Source of the DNA: Vicugna vicugna
Lineage: Eukaryota
Assembly (NCBI GenBank): GCA_013265495.1
Contig: MU058065.1
Location: 3,637,003 to 3,701,002 of the forward strand
Length of the DNA: 64,000 bases
Reading direction: 5' to 3'
Part shown: positions 11,804 through 23,927 of the stretch, one piece after another
How the letters are laid out: the number at the start of each line of letters is the position of its first letter
How positions within the stretch are numbered: position 1 is the first letter of the stretch
The notes under the pieces: model-generated
What the model was told of the DNA's origin: nothing
What the model saw: the letters and a program-made list of their open reading frames with translations, nothing else
Databases searched by the model: none
Made by a program: the position numbers and the translations under genes

Positions 11804-14800
11804 TTTAATTAATTTGAGTGAGGTCCTTCTGTCCCCAGCATTTGGTCTGATTAAAACTAAGCATATGCTTTTTGTAACTACTGATGGACAATTTTTATTT
11901 TAAAACTGAATTCATCTGATCTGATTTGGAAATAGCATATCCCCTTAACCATAAGAACTAAAACTCAAGCAAGACAGCTGTTTCCATATTCTTGTCTGGG
12001 AACCAGGTTCCCAGCAAATGTTTCACATGCACGTACAGCGACTTTAAGCTCTTGATCATTATCTACAGCAATTAGGATGCTCTGACATCTGGTGTCTCCT
12101 TGATGAGATCTTTCATGAAAGTGCTAAGTGTTAAGAAACAAAATGGTGAGGATGAGCAGAGTCTCTGATAGAACAAAGGGCCCTTCTTTAGATCAGACAA
12201 CTGTTTAGGAGCAAGACAGATATTTTCCACCATGGATGATGAAGAGAAGCACTGTAGAATCACGAACTGAATTCTAGAGACCAGCCTGCCTTCTCTTCTG
12301 CGGCTACAGAATAATAACAGAAGCCCAAAGGGTTATTTGATGACTTGCCTTGTTTCCAGGTTAGAAATCCCTGAGTGATTTAATGAGATCTCAATTTGAC
12401 GAAATTATTTGATCATCTCCTTCATACTGGTTGCAGTGGAGCTTGTTCCAAATGTTATCACCAAGATAGACATTTCAACATTAATTCTTTACCACCCGAA
12501 GTCCAAAGTCGCTAACAATGGCTCCAAGTAACCTATTCTGAGACTTTCAGACAGTTAAGTACTTTGATTATCCCCAATCCCCATTCTCTTTATGTTCTTC
12601 TATAATTTACCTTCTTCTCCCTCTGTCTGTCTCTTCATTTTTGCAATATCTGTTTTCATAAAGCCAAATAATGTACCACAAATTCTTTATAATGTGAAAA
12701 TGCTAATGTACCATTGAATAATACACACACCTCCCTTAGTTTTGTTGCTTCATAGTTTCTACTGAGGCTATAATTCTCCTTGGTAGTTGGAGTGCCGTGG
12801 TAAGATTACCCATCAAGCAAGAATGCCACAAAGCCTGCTCTCACATCTCATGGCATAAATTAAGGAAAATTAAGTTGAGATACTAATAACATCTACAATA
12901 TATGAAATCACAACTAAACATTTCTGCTGTTTGGAATCCTTAATTACAAAAGCATCATTTATGTGCATCTCACCCAAAGAAATTAAAATGATCATCACAT
13001 CAGAAATATTTTTTTTCTGATGAGGCTTTTTTATTACTTCATTTTAAAAAAGGTTTTGAATGAGTATTCCAGAAAAGTTCTTGGGTTCTCATTCCAGTTG
13101 CTTCCTAGACTCCCATGAGATTTGTGTCTTGCAGTTGTTGGCTTTGTCTGTGACCTTTAGGAGCTAAGGCAGGTGTGGGGTAAGGTGTGTAGCTTCACTA
13201 GGAAGGGGTCTTGAGCCAAAACTAATTTGGAGGTAACTAAGCCAGAAAACACCACAGTGGTTGAACTCATCCAGAGTCCGGGGACTTGCCTGAACATCCC
13301 TGCCATCTATGAGGTGGTTGTGCTGCCAACATGCGCTGCCACCTCACCTGTGCAACCATCCTTCTTTCCACTCACCTTCCCATTGACTACCTGCACTGTT
13401 GATGAAATCATTGCCTTTTGTGTGGCTGCATCACACTCCTATCACCCATCTTTCTGATGCATGCACAGGATCAAACTTTTCAGGCCCAGGTCCTCTGCGG
13501 TGCTGCCAGGGAACTTGGCGCTGAAGGGTCTCCCAGGCAACCAGACCAGTCTAGGAGCTCTTGGGCTGGGCCTCTTCTGTCCGAGATGAGTGGGGGAGAG
13601 TGATGACTCACTTGTTTTCTATACTTTTTATTCTGACTGGAACCTTCTTAAACTAATAGATCATTATCAAAGCATATTTGAATGTATTATATTCTCAAAA
13701 GTTAAAAAAAATCTAAGTCCATGTCTACATAAAGGAAAACAGCTTTAAGAAACAAACTTTTGTGTAACGTTGCAGGTGGTATTTTTCAAAGACTGAAACT
13801 GTACACCTGCCTATAAGGAATGTCCTCTGCTAACAATTCCTGTGTACCAGGAAAATTCTGTCTGTTCTCGTTTACTGCATTTGTATGTACCTCTTGGAAC
13901 CACCCAAGTTGATGGGGAACCCCTTTAGCAATGGTGATGGGGACTCCCTCAGCGGCTTGGCAATTCCTCCATCCTTGCTGGCTTTCAGTCTGCATTGTCA
14001 TACCTCACTGAGGGCTCCTGTGACATTTCTCATTGATTTCAAGCTTTTGGCTCTGCTTTCTGCTTAGTAACCTTGGACTTGAATCAGTTGGCCTTACTGT
14101 GTGTGTGTGTGTGTGTGTAGATGATGGTAATGGGGCTTATTTGCTTTGTGAACTGTAATCCTGTGTAAGAAATGACCCATCTACACCTTTATCCAGCCTT
14201 TGCCAAACTTAACCTGTTACTCAGTTCCCTGACAGGAGGAGAAGGCTGTCATAGGAAAGGGAAATGCCTCAACATTTGATTGAAAATGAATCAACACTTC
14301 TCATATATCTTTCTCAATTGCCTAGAAATTTTTTAAGAACTATGGTTGATGATATATCAAATGCAGATATACAAAGCAGAAAACAGCTTTGCGCTCTGTA
14401 GGCTTTGCTAAGCCAACATTCACTTACTCATATGCTAATTGACCCACTCATTCCCTGGAAAACATCTCAAACACGTTTGAGGTGCTGTGCTCGCTGTCCT
14501 GTGATTATGCCTCTTGCACTGCACTTACTGCATTAAGCAAAGCAATTTGTGCAATGGTCACCCACCTCAGCTAGTCTCTGAACTCTTCCAGTGTTGGGAA
14601 AGATGCATTATATGGATTTCCTGAATCAGTAATCTGATATCTAGTGTTATTCTCAAGGTTCCATTAATATCACAGGTAATTAATTACCACAATCTATAGA
14701 ACCTCCACTTTTATCAAAGAAAATTTTCTGACAACCACACTTGTCCTTCATTGAAAGAATATGCAATATTCCCTGTAGTGTTTCCGCCAAAGCATTCAAT

Positions 14801-15261
14801 CCAGATTACATTTGCTCTAAAACGCAGAAATGCAGCTGGGGCTTCTCAACTAACTTTATGTAACACCCTGTTGATCTTTTGTCCACCTTCATCACATCCT
14901 ATCTCAGATAAACTCTATGTCCTATCTTCCCTGTTTTTGATACCTACCATTCTCCCAGCTACTCTGAAGCAAAGATTCAAACTCCTGTCTACTCTTTTCT
15001 CTCCACTGCTTGCTGTTGAGTCAGTCCTATCCAAACAGTGGGGTTTCTTCCACATTGTTTCCTATGTTTATATCTTTTCTTTCCATTGTTACCTCTAGCT
15101 CATTGATTCACTCACTAGTTCACTCATACTCCCTTGCTTATTTGAAAACCTTCACAGAGTGCTTAGTGTGTGCTTTACAGAGCAATCTTGCCACTGATAT
15201 TTAAAGATTATTAAGATACAGTTTTTATTCTTTAGGAGTTAAGAGACTAGCCAGAGTGAAG

Positions 15262-15800
15262 AAATGTCCATCAACAGGTGACTGGATAAAGGATCTGTGA
15301 GGTATATATATATATCACATTCCATATAAAATGGAATACTACCCAGCCATAAAAAAGAATAAAATAATGCCATTTGTAGAAACATGGATGGACCCAGAGG
15401 TTGTCATACTAAGTGAAGTAAGCCAGAAACTGAAAGACAAATACCATATGATATCACTTATATGTGGAATCTCTAAAAAAAAGGGACACAAATGAACTTA
15501 TTTACATAACAGAAATAGACTCACAGACATAGAAAACAAACTTACAGTTAACAGGGTGGGGAAGAGGGTGGGATGGGATAAATTGGGAGTTCAGGATTTG
15601 TAGATAGTAACTACTATATATAAAATAGATGAACAAGGTCCTACTGTATAGCGCAGGAAACTATATTCAATACCTTGTAATAGCCTATGACAAAAAAGAA
15701 TATGAAAAGGAATATATATTTATATGTATAAATGAATCACTATGCTGTGCACTGGAAATTAATACAACATTGTAAATCAACTATACTTTGATTTTTAAAA
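15262..15800 (+). mobile_element. 5'-truncated L1 (ORF2 tail plus 3'UTR)
   Basis: AAATGTCCATCAACAGGTGACTGGATAAAG...CTAAGTGAAGTAAGCCAG...ACATTGTAAATCAACTATACTT. Confidence 0.9.
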
Positions 15801-15904
15801 AATTCTGTAATCAATCTACTAAAAAAACAATATATAAAGAGCTATACTCAGAATTCAATGGGAAATAGAGACAGGACTACTAAGAGAGTTGTAGAAATTT
15901 AAAT

Positions 15905-16380
15905 TAACCTCCCCTACTTTAAGAAGTGCTCACAGTGTTTGCATAATTAAGTACAAACTCATCATCCAGGCTCTTAGATACTTCTACAATATGGAGTCAA
16001 TCTAACTGTTCAACTCCTGTTTCTCCTGGGTGTGTGGTACCCTATGCTCTGGCCAAATTTTCCCTCTCTGATCCCTGAAAATAACTTCAAGTATTCTGCT
16101 CTCTTCCTTTTCCGTGGAACCTCTTTTTCTGCATCTTCCTCTGTAAAAATGCCACCATACATCAGTGCCCACTTGAAATGTTACCTCCTGTCTTTCCTGC
16201 TTTCCTGACATGATCCCTCCCTCCTTTCAATTCACAGAGCATTTTTTTTGCACATTTCTTATGTCATTATGTCACCCCCATGTTCTAATCATGTACTTAC
16301 TAGATCGCAGGTCTTTCAGGCTGACAGTGAATTACTTATCTTTGTTGATTAGATGCTCAAAAAACTTTTAAAGTGAGTTA
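15905..16380 (+). mobile_element. L2 3' region, decayed
   Basis: Pyrimidine-rich L2-like sequence incl. CCCACTTGAAATGTTACCTCCT. Confidence 0.45.
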
Positions 16381-17029
16381 AGCATGTTCATAAGAAAGAG
16401 CTATAATGTGAAAAGAAGGCTGAAGAGAGAGTCAGAGTGCTAGAGTCAATTTTTTCACCAACTTGTGGCAAAGACTCCCCCTCTTCAGCCCCGCCAAATT
16501 ACCTAACCTCACAGTCTCTACATAATCACCAACAAAAGCTGAATATTAATACCTGCTTCATTTGTCTTTTAGGATGAAATTTGAAATATGGATATGAGAA
16601 TACTTGAAAAATGTTGAGAGTCACAGAATCTGTGGATGGCAGCACATAAGAAGTAAATAAGGATTTCTAGGGAAAACTTTAAAATACATCTAGTAAAAAA
16701 ATAGTTATTTACTAGTTTTTAGCTAAATCTGTGAATCAAACCCTTTGAACATCCAGGAGCTGTCATACAGATCCTAAAAGATTTTTGCAAATAAATCTTG
16801 ACCTAAGAACATCTGTAACCAGTTCTTGATTTCTACTTAGCTGTAGATATCAGATTCTTTCTCAAAGCCCAGGTCACATCTTATTTTAGTGACATAACAT
16901 AAATTGTACTGTGTTCTGGAGTAGTGTCCCTTTCAAGTGGGAATGTTTTATCGTTAACAGACTTCTAAGTCTTCCAGGGTTTGTTATCAGCATTGTTATA
17001 ACCGATTTCCAGACTTCTTTACCGCTTGT

Positions 17030-17104
17030 TTCTTTTATAATATATATATATATATATATATTCTTTTATAATATATATATTCTTTTATTATATATATATA
17101 TATA
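17030..17104. repeat. Compound (TA)n microsatellite, three TTCTTTTAT-(AT)n units
   Basis: Seen directly. Confidence 0.9.
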
Positions 17105-17289
17105 AGTTCAGGGGTTTTGTCTGTTAGTTTTGAGTTATCTTTTCTTCAAAAAATCAAGAATTTCCAAAACACCTGCAAGAAACCTTCCTTTTCATGCCAC
17201 CTAACCATGATTGCTTTGAGATAGTTAAGATGAAAACACTAATAGAGTAATTAAGGAGCGAGGCAGTGGTGTGTGTCAAGTAACCACCA

Positions 17290-17480
17290 TGGCAGAGGCT
17301 TCATGCCAGGCGATTTACATTACATAATCGCTTATAATTCTCACAACTACGCCACCAAGTGGGTGTTATTATCCATTTGATAGATGAGAAATCTGAGACT
17401 CAGGGATTAAGAGGCTCTCCCCAGGGTAAGTCTTGATTCAAATTCTGGTTTGTCCTTTGATGATTCCGAAACCAGGATTC
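17290..17480 (-). mobile_element. MIR SINE
   Basis: ATAATTCTCACAACTAC...TTATTATCCATTTGATAGATGAGAAATCTGAGACTCAG. Confidence 0.7.
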
Positions 17481-17934
17481 TTGTTTTCTATGGTGCAGTG
17501 CCTCCCAGATTCTCTTCAATTCCAGAGATATTTCTTGAAGGGCTGTCTGGACTTCAGCCTACAGTAAGTTTGCTGATGTTAACAATGAGATTTTCTGCTT
17601 TTATATCCTCCAAAATCCCTAGGATAGCCTTCCTGGAGACTCAGTGAGTTAAATGTTGAATAAAGTGTGTCAAGGAAAAGTCTTTCTTCTTTATAAACTG
17701 TGCCTCTGTTGCATTAAGCATTTTGTTAGCACTGCTGTTTTCCTTCATCAGTCCTATAGACTAATGGATCATCCCTAAGTTTTTCTACAATGAGGTATAA
17801 CCAGTTAACTTACCCATCACTTCCTTGGCCTTGTAATCACACATTGATAGTTGCCTGAGGCCATCAAAGATGTGCTCAACTTCATTTGATCTTAAGAAGA
17901 ATATCTTGAAACATCTCATAGGTGTCTATTCCTT

Positions 17935-18151
17935 TGGTGCAGGATGTCACCAGTGGCAAGATTGACATTCGGGGCTGGGTAACTGTTAGTGGGGGCTGTC
18001 CTGGCAGGATGTTCAGCAGCATCCATGGCCTATACCCACTAGATAGATGCCAGTAGCACCCTCCCTGGTGTGACAACCAAGAGTGTCCCCAGACATATTC
18101 AGATGTTGGCTGGGAAGCAAAATTGCCCCCTCCCCAGTTGCAGAACCACTG
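17935..18151 (-). mobile_element. MER20 (hAT-Charlie MITE)
   Basis: CAGCAGCATCCATGGCCTATACCCACTAGAT..GCCAGTAGCACC..TGTGACAACCAA..CCAGACAT..GCAAAATTGCCCCC..AGAACCACTG. Confidence 0.85.
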
Positions 18152-19215
18152 CTTTATTACAAACATGTAGTAATGGAGAGAGAGAGAGGGGGAAAAAAAA
18201 ACAACCCAAAACAAGGACTTCTATCTTTACAACAAAACCTAGACTTCCTATTCAAAGGTAACTTTTAAAGAAGCTGAGCATGTCAATGCTTAGAAATGGA
18301 TTTCATTTGCTTAAATGTGGAGCATGAAATAAGATCAATAGCCACATTCCCTTAACTTTATACGTTACTCACTGGATTGCAAATTGGGTAAATTTTTATC
18401 CACCTTAAGAATTTATATTTGAATCACCTCTACTGCAATAAAGATGACAATCTGGGATTTTCTGGTTCTGCTTTTCCCCCTAAATTGTGTATTTCTATCA
18501 TATTGGTGAGAATTGAGAATTCAGTTATTACTGACATATCCAGGGATGCGTAGGTCAAATTGACTGTGATTTGCCTCTTTCTGAGTTACTTTGACTTTTT
18601 TCACTCGTTATCCCATCTGATTTTTCAGTTTGAAGCCATTTTCTACTTGACGTGTAAAATGTATTTTACCAAACAGAAAGGTTAATTACCCAAAGGGGTA
18701 AAACCTTACCCAAGATGAAATCTGGAAAGCAAAACAATTAGGTATCTATGTTTTCACTAAGCTGTCAAGTAATTCTATTTTCTGCCACAATTTTGGCAAA
18801 TCCTTGGTTTTCTGCTGAAGTCTGCTTTTTGACTGTAAGATGGGTCATGAATGTGGTTTTGGAATATTAATCCTATGATTTTCACTGTAGTTCTCAATAT
18901 ATACATGTTCTCATAATAGGACTGTCTGAATAATTAGGGGATTATCCAATTATACTGCATTTCTTGTTCTTCAAGCATTCAACATACTTTGAATATAAAT
19001 AACATATCTTTAGGTAATATTTTAAAATTTGAGCAGCATTATCTTATTTAGTCTTTATAAGGAGTCCTGTGAGATAGATATTTTTATTGTCATGTCACAG
19101 AGTAAAGATAAAAGAGGCTTAGTCAGTTTAAATGATGGACCATTTAAATATATGTAAATGTGCATATATCTAATTAATATTGGCCACCTGAAGTGTGCCA
19201 GATAGAAGTCTAGTC

Positions 19216-19615
19216 CAATGATGTTCAATAGAAATAGAATGTAAGCCATAGGTAATTTAAATTTTTCTAGTTGTCACATTAAAAAAAAAGGTAAAACTAA
19301 TTAAAATAATATTTTATTGAACGTTATAGGTTGAAAATACTACCATCTTAACAAGTAATCAATATAAAAGTTATTCAAGAGATGTATTTCATTCTTTTCT
19401 TTCTACCAAGTCTTTTTTTTTTTTAATGGAATTACTGGGGACTTAACCCAGGACCTTCTTCATGCTAAGTATGTGCTGTACCACTGAGCTATACCCTCCT
19501 CTCTCTACAAAGTCTTTGAAATCAAACATTAGAGTGCATCCCAATTCAGAAGAGCAACTATTCAAGGGCTCAAAGAGCTGTGTGTGTCTTGTGGTTGTAG
19601 TTTTGGGTGGTGCCT
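19216..19615 (+). mobile_element. MER33 (hAT-Charlie MITE) split by a SINE
   Basis: CAATAGAAATAGAATGTAAGCCA..AAATTTTTCTAG..AATCAATATAAAA..AAGTCTTTGAAATC..TTCAAGGGCTCAA. Confidence 0.75.
19416..19500 (-). mobile_element. tRNA-derived Vic-1-like SINE, short form lacking the 3' extension
   Basis: Minus GGGTATAGCTCAGTGG..CCTGGGTTAAGTCCCCAGTAATTCCATT-A tail; 17-bp TSD CT(T/C)TCTAC(C/A)AAGTCTTT at 19399-19415 and 19501-19517. Confidence 0.85.
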
Positions 19616-19972
19616 CTCCAGGCTTCAGGGATGTGGAGGCACCCAAGCCAAGCCAAGCCCCCTGGCGACATGAAGCTTGCCCTCTGGTGCAAGAGTTGGA
19701 TAGTAAACAGTAACGAGTAAATGACGGAAGTAAGCCTATGTCTTCTGACTCAAGACCATCAACATTCTGGGGGAAGATCCTGGGTGTACTGTGCAGGTTT
19801 TCAGGCTGAGCATCAGAGCTGAGGTGTCCAGTGAAAGCCATGTGCTGAGAAGTGGTAGTGAGGAGAGCACAAGTGGGTCTCCAGGACTGGGCGCCTTCGG
19901 GTTTGGTGAGGAGGTTGATCAAGTCTGAGACTGCAGGGAGGAGACAGGTGGAAACAGGAATGGATTTCAAGA

Positions 19973-20094
19973 GGACAACATGCTGCTGGGGGCTACAGAG
20001 GGTGGGATAACCTGAGCTGAAGCCTGGAGTGTCAGGGCCAGAGAAGAGTGAGCCACCATGGAAAGACACTTTCTCAGAGAGCCTGGCAGGCAGC
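19973..20094 (+). repeat. Dispersed direct repeat, copy 1 (122 bp)
   Basis: Matches 21161-21281 with 3 substitutions and one 1-bp indel. Confidence 0.95.
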
Positions 20095-21160
20095 TGTGGG
20101 CTCCACTGATCCCTGCTGTCTGTCTGGCAAACCACCAACTCTCAGTGGACGACCTGTTGTTTATGATCTCAACTAAGTGCTTGCAAAGAAGAAAAAAGTT
20201 GCTAAGGATGAGCCTTTGTTTTTTCTTTCAAAGCTTTTAAAAAGGCTTTTTCACTCTATTTGAAGGTTAAGATGCTGAAAAGTCACCACTAACTGTGAAC
20301 AGATAAAGAATGGGTAGGTCTTTTAGTTTATACTTTTTAAGATGCCCGGCCTTTCTGTATTATTTCTTTCTTGCAGCATTTAGTTTCTCAGTTTTCTTCC
20401 TGTCACTTGAAAGAGCCCCACTTGACTGGTGCCTCCTTTTTCTCTGATCACACGCTTGTGCTGACCTCAGCATGTTTGGCTCCTTAATTGCCACACACAC
20501 TTACCCACTCCCTGAAACACCCACCCCTCTGGCCTCGTTACCCCTGCCTTGTCAGGGAGGGGGAAGAGACCTGTGTCCTTCCCCACAGCACCCTCACCAC
20601 CAGCTGGGAGGGCTGGGCCTCAGCAAACTGTCGAGAAGTTGTGCTGCAAGTTCTCCTGGTTCTACTTCTTTCCTCCTTACTCAGTTTGTTCTTCTCCACA
20701 CCTTCCATGGCCTTTATTCGATGGGGGTCTGCCCCCTTCAACTGAACACCTTAACATTGGCAGAGTCACATACTTGTCTAGTTCCTGGCAAAGCCTGGGC
20801 TGAGAGAACACGAAAGCACATGGATGGTGAGGCCAGTCTGATGCAAACCAAGGCACTTTGAATAAAAGACTAGGACGGAATGTGAGATGAGAGCAAGAAG
20901 AGGTCCTCTTCTCTCCCCATCAGTCTCAGTGCGTTCGAGACCCACTTTGAACTCACTCTGAAATGGTCGTACTAGAATATCCTAAGAAGTGCATTTTCAC
21001 AAGGGCAGCCTCCCTCTCAGGCACATCTGGGTCCAGTTAGGTGTGGGACTACTTCCAAGTCTCAGGAAGCTGCCAGTGTTCCTGAAGGGTCTTCATGCTG
21101 GTCATCCAACTTCCTTGCGATGCTTAGCTACCAGCTTGCAGTATTTTCAAGGTTGCAAGT

Positions 21161-21281
21161 GGACAACATGCTGCTGGGGGCTACAGAGGTGGGATAACCT
21201 GAGCTGAAGCCTGGGGTGTCAGGGCCAGAGAAGAGTGAGCCACCATGGAAGGACACTTTCTCAGAGAGCCTGGCAGACAGC
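21161..21281 (+). repeat. Dispersed direct repeat, copy 2 (121 bp)
   Basis: GGACAACATGCTGCTGGGGGCTACAGAG...TTCTCAGAGAGCCTGGCAG(A/G)CAGC. Confidence 0.95.
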
Positions 21282-22669
21282 AGTGTCAGTGCATGAGGCA
21301 GATTTCTGGCAATGAAAACAGAGCTTCCTTTATAAATGCTTTACTACTGATCATTTCCTTGGTAGAGTGGATCTTTGGGTTATGTACGTGTGCTGGAAGG
21401 GTCTGTCTGCGCTAGCGGGTGACCTGGTTTTCACTGCCATGGACTCATTTTCGTTTTGTTTCCATATGGAGTACTTGTTTGCAGAAGTTTACCAAATAAA
21501 AAGAATCCTCTTGCATTTATTAATGAATTTTTAAAATTACAACACAATGGATGCTTCCTATCCAAATTCAAGTCATGTAAGAGTTTAGAATAGAAAGTGA
21601 AAGACCGTCTAAATCTGTCCCCATCTTGCTCCACGTCCTGGAAATTGCTGCTGTTACCGGTTCAGATGACCTCTCTCCATTTCCTTTTCTATTGAAGCAC
21701 TTTTGCACTTTTCTATTAATGCACTAAATCCATAAAGAATATGTATATCTCTCTCCACATACATACGTATCTCTGTCCATATCTTCTTAGCTGAGGTGAA
21801 GGCATAAGGCACAAAGTAACCATGTAGTAAGTGCTGTTCTGTGACCTGCTTGTATTATTCTGTATTTTTCTATACTTTATTCTATAACGTATCTTTTTAT
21901 AGTTACTTAGTATTCTGTCACATGAATAAGTTGTAGTTTACTTTGTTATTCCTGTATCACTCAGCACCCCCCACTCCTTTTGATACCATAAGTATAATAC
22001 TGTAACAAGCATAAACATCATGGCATGCATACCTTTATGACATTAAGTAACCATTATGTTTTTTGAAACTCTTTTATTAACCCAAGACACATGCAGCTCC
22101 CAATCAGTCTTTCTGATCAGGATGAGATCATCAGTGTTATTTGCATCGAGCTGAAGTAATTTCGGCCAAAAGCTTAGGAATGTGATTATTTAATTAGCCT
22201 GCTCTGCCTTATCTAGTAGACATAGCTGATATCTGTCAGACTCTTCAAAATGCTGAAAATCGTCTTCAGACCTTCCCCTGACCCCATGTCACCCCACTAC
22301 ATTACTACCTTCAAGAACATAAAAGACCCGACCCTGTTAGTGAGTATGTTCTCCACACTTGTGTAACTCACAGGGAAATAAAAAATTCAATGAAAAGCAT
22401 AAGCAATTTGACTGACTATCTTAATAGAAGTGTCTAATTTGCCTGACTGAGCTGGTTTATTCGATAAGCTTAATCAGCTTTTTCTTTGGTACTTTGTAAA
22501 TACTGACTACATGGACTTAACCACCTATACCAAACTTACCACTGATTTTATAATTTTCAGTCATAAGTTTCATGATAACCCAGTCATTTTTATCCTTTGG
22601 AACTTCTCTAGAAGTGCTCTGTAAATTAGTTTTTATTAGAAACTTAATAATTCTGACGTTGTGGAGATA

Positions 22670-22915
22670 ACACTGTAATTTGAATCCTACTGACAGACCT
22701 AGGTTTGAAACTCTGTTTACACCACAATTAGTTGTATGGTCTTGTGAAAGTCTCTTGATATCTTTGACTCTCGGATTCCCCACATGTGAAACAATGGGTA
22801 GGAATGATATGTATTTTAACCACAAGAGTTGTGAGGATTAAATCAAATGATGTCTTTAAAAATACCTAGTTTACTGCTTGACATATTAGAGGCTTGTTGT
22901 TAATAATTGAACTAT
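22670..22915 (+). mobile_element. MIR SINE
   Basis: GACAGACCTAGGTTTGAAAC...GAGTTGTGAGGATTAAATCAAATGATGTC. Confidence 0.7.
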
Positions 22916-23156
22916 TATTATTAGCTGATAAATGGATCATGTGTTTATATATTTAGAAAAGATAAGACTTAAATCAGAAGATGCCTCATTTGGCATAATA
23001 AGAAGTCTTGCTATGAGAATTTAAAACTGTCTTTACAGCGTCCCTGAGAGGATAAACTGGTGAGTATAATAGTCATTTATCCATGGACACTGTGAGATTA
23101 AACAAGCTCCCATGGTAATGCGGAGTGTCAGATGTGGAATTAGAACTGCTATTCCA

Positions 23157-23927
23157 TGCAGTTTGGGGAAGCCATTGTGGAAAACAGTATGGAGACTCCT
23201 CAAAAGACTAGAAATAGACCTACCATATGATCCAGCAATCCCACTCCTGGGCATATATCTGGAGGGAACCCTAATTCAAAAAGACACCTGCACCCTGATG
23301 TTCATAGCAGCACTATTTACAACAGTCAAAACATGGAAACAACCTAAATATCCATCAACAGAAGACTGGATAAAGAATTTGTGGTATATTTCTACACAGG
23401 AACACTACTCAGCCATAAAAAATGACAACATAATGCCATTTGCAGCAACATGGATATCCCTCGAGAATGACATTCTAAGTGAAGTAAGCCAGAAAGAGGA
23501 AGAAAAATACCACAAGATATCACTTATATGTGGAATCTAAAAAAAAATATGGAAACTAAAAAAAGATAAATGAACTTATATGTAAAACAGAAACAGACTC
23601 ACAGACATAGAATACAGACTTGTGGTTGCCAGAGGGGAGAGGGGTGGGAAGGGATAAACTGGGAGTTTGAGATTTGCAGATATGGACTGGTATATATAAA
23701 ATAGATAAACAAATTTATACTGTAGAGCATGGGGAAATATATTCAATATCTTGCAGTAGATTGTGGTGAAAAAGTGTATGAAAGTGAATGTATGTATGTT
23801 CATGTGTGACTGAGGAATTGTGCTGTACACCAAAAATTGACACAACATTGTAAACTGACTATACCTCAATTTAAAAAAAAAAGAAAAAAAAAGAAATCTC
23901 TTGGGATTTGGACCATTTAAAAAAAAA
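23157..23927 (+). mobile_element. 5'-truncated L1 (ORF2 C-terminus, 3'UTR, double A tail)
   Basis: ORF 23112..23540 [44 protein letters not shown] is L1 ORF2; degenerate TSD AGAACTG(CT/TC)ATTC(C/T)A at 23142-23156 and 23928-23942. Confidence 0.93.

Noticed and set aside
14463..14484. Short hairpin CATCTCAAAC-AC-GTTTGAGGTG
   Set aside because: A 10-bp stem with one mismatch is plausible by chance in 64 kb.
19443..20138. Longest ORF (231 aa, minus)
   Set aside because: It runs through MER33 and SINE sequence, with no recognisable domain.
23112..23540. 142-aa ORF
   Set aside because: L1 ORF2 C-terminus fused by chance to flanking sequence; not a host gene.
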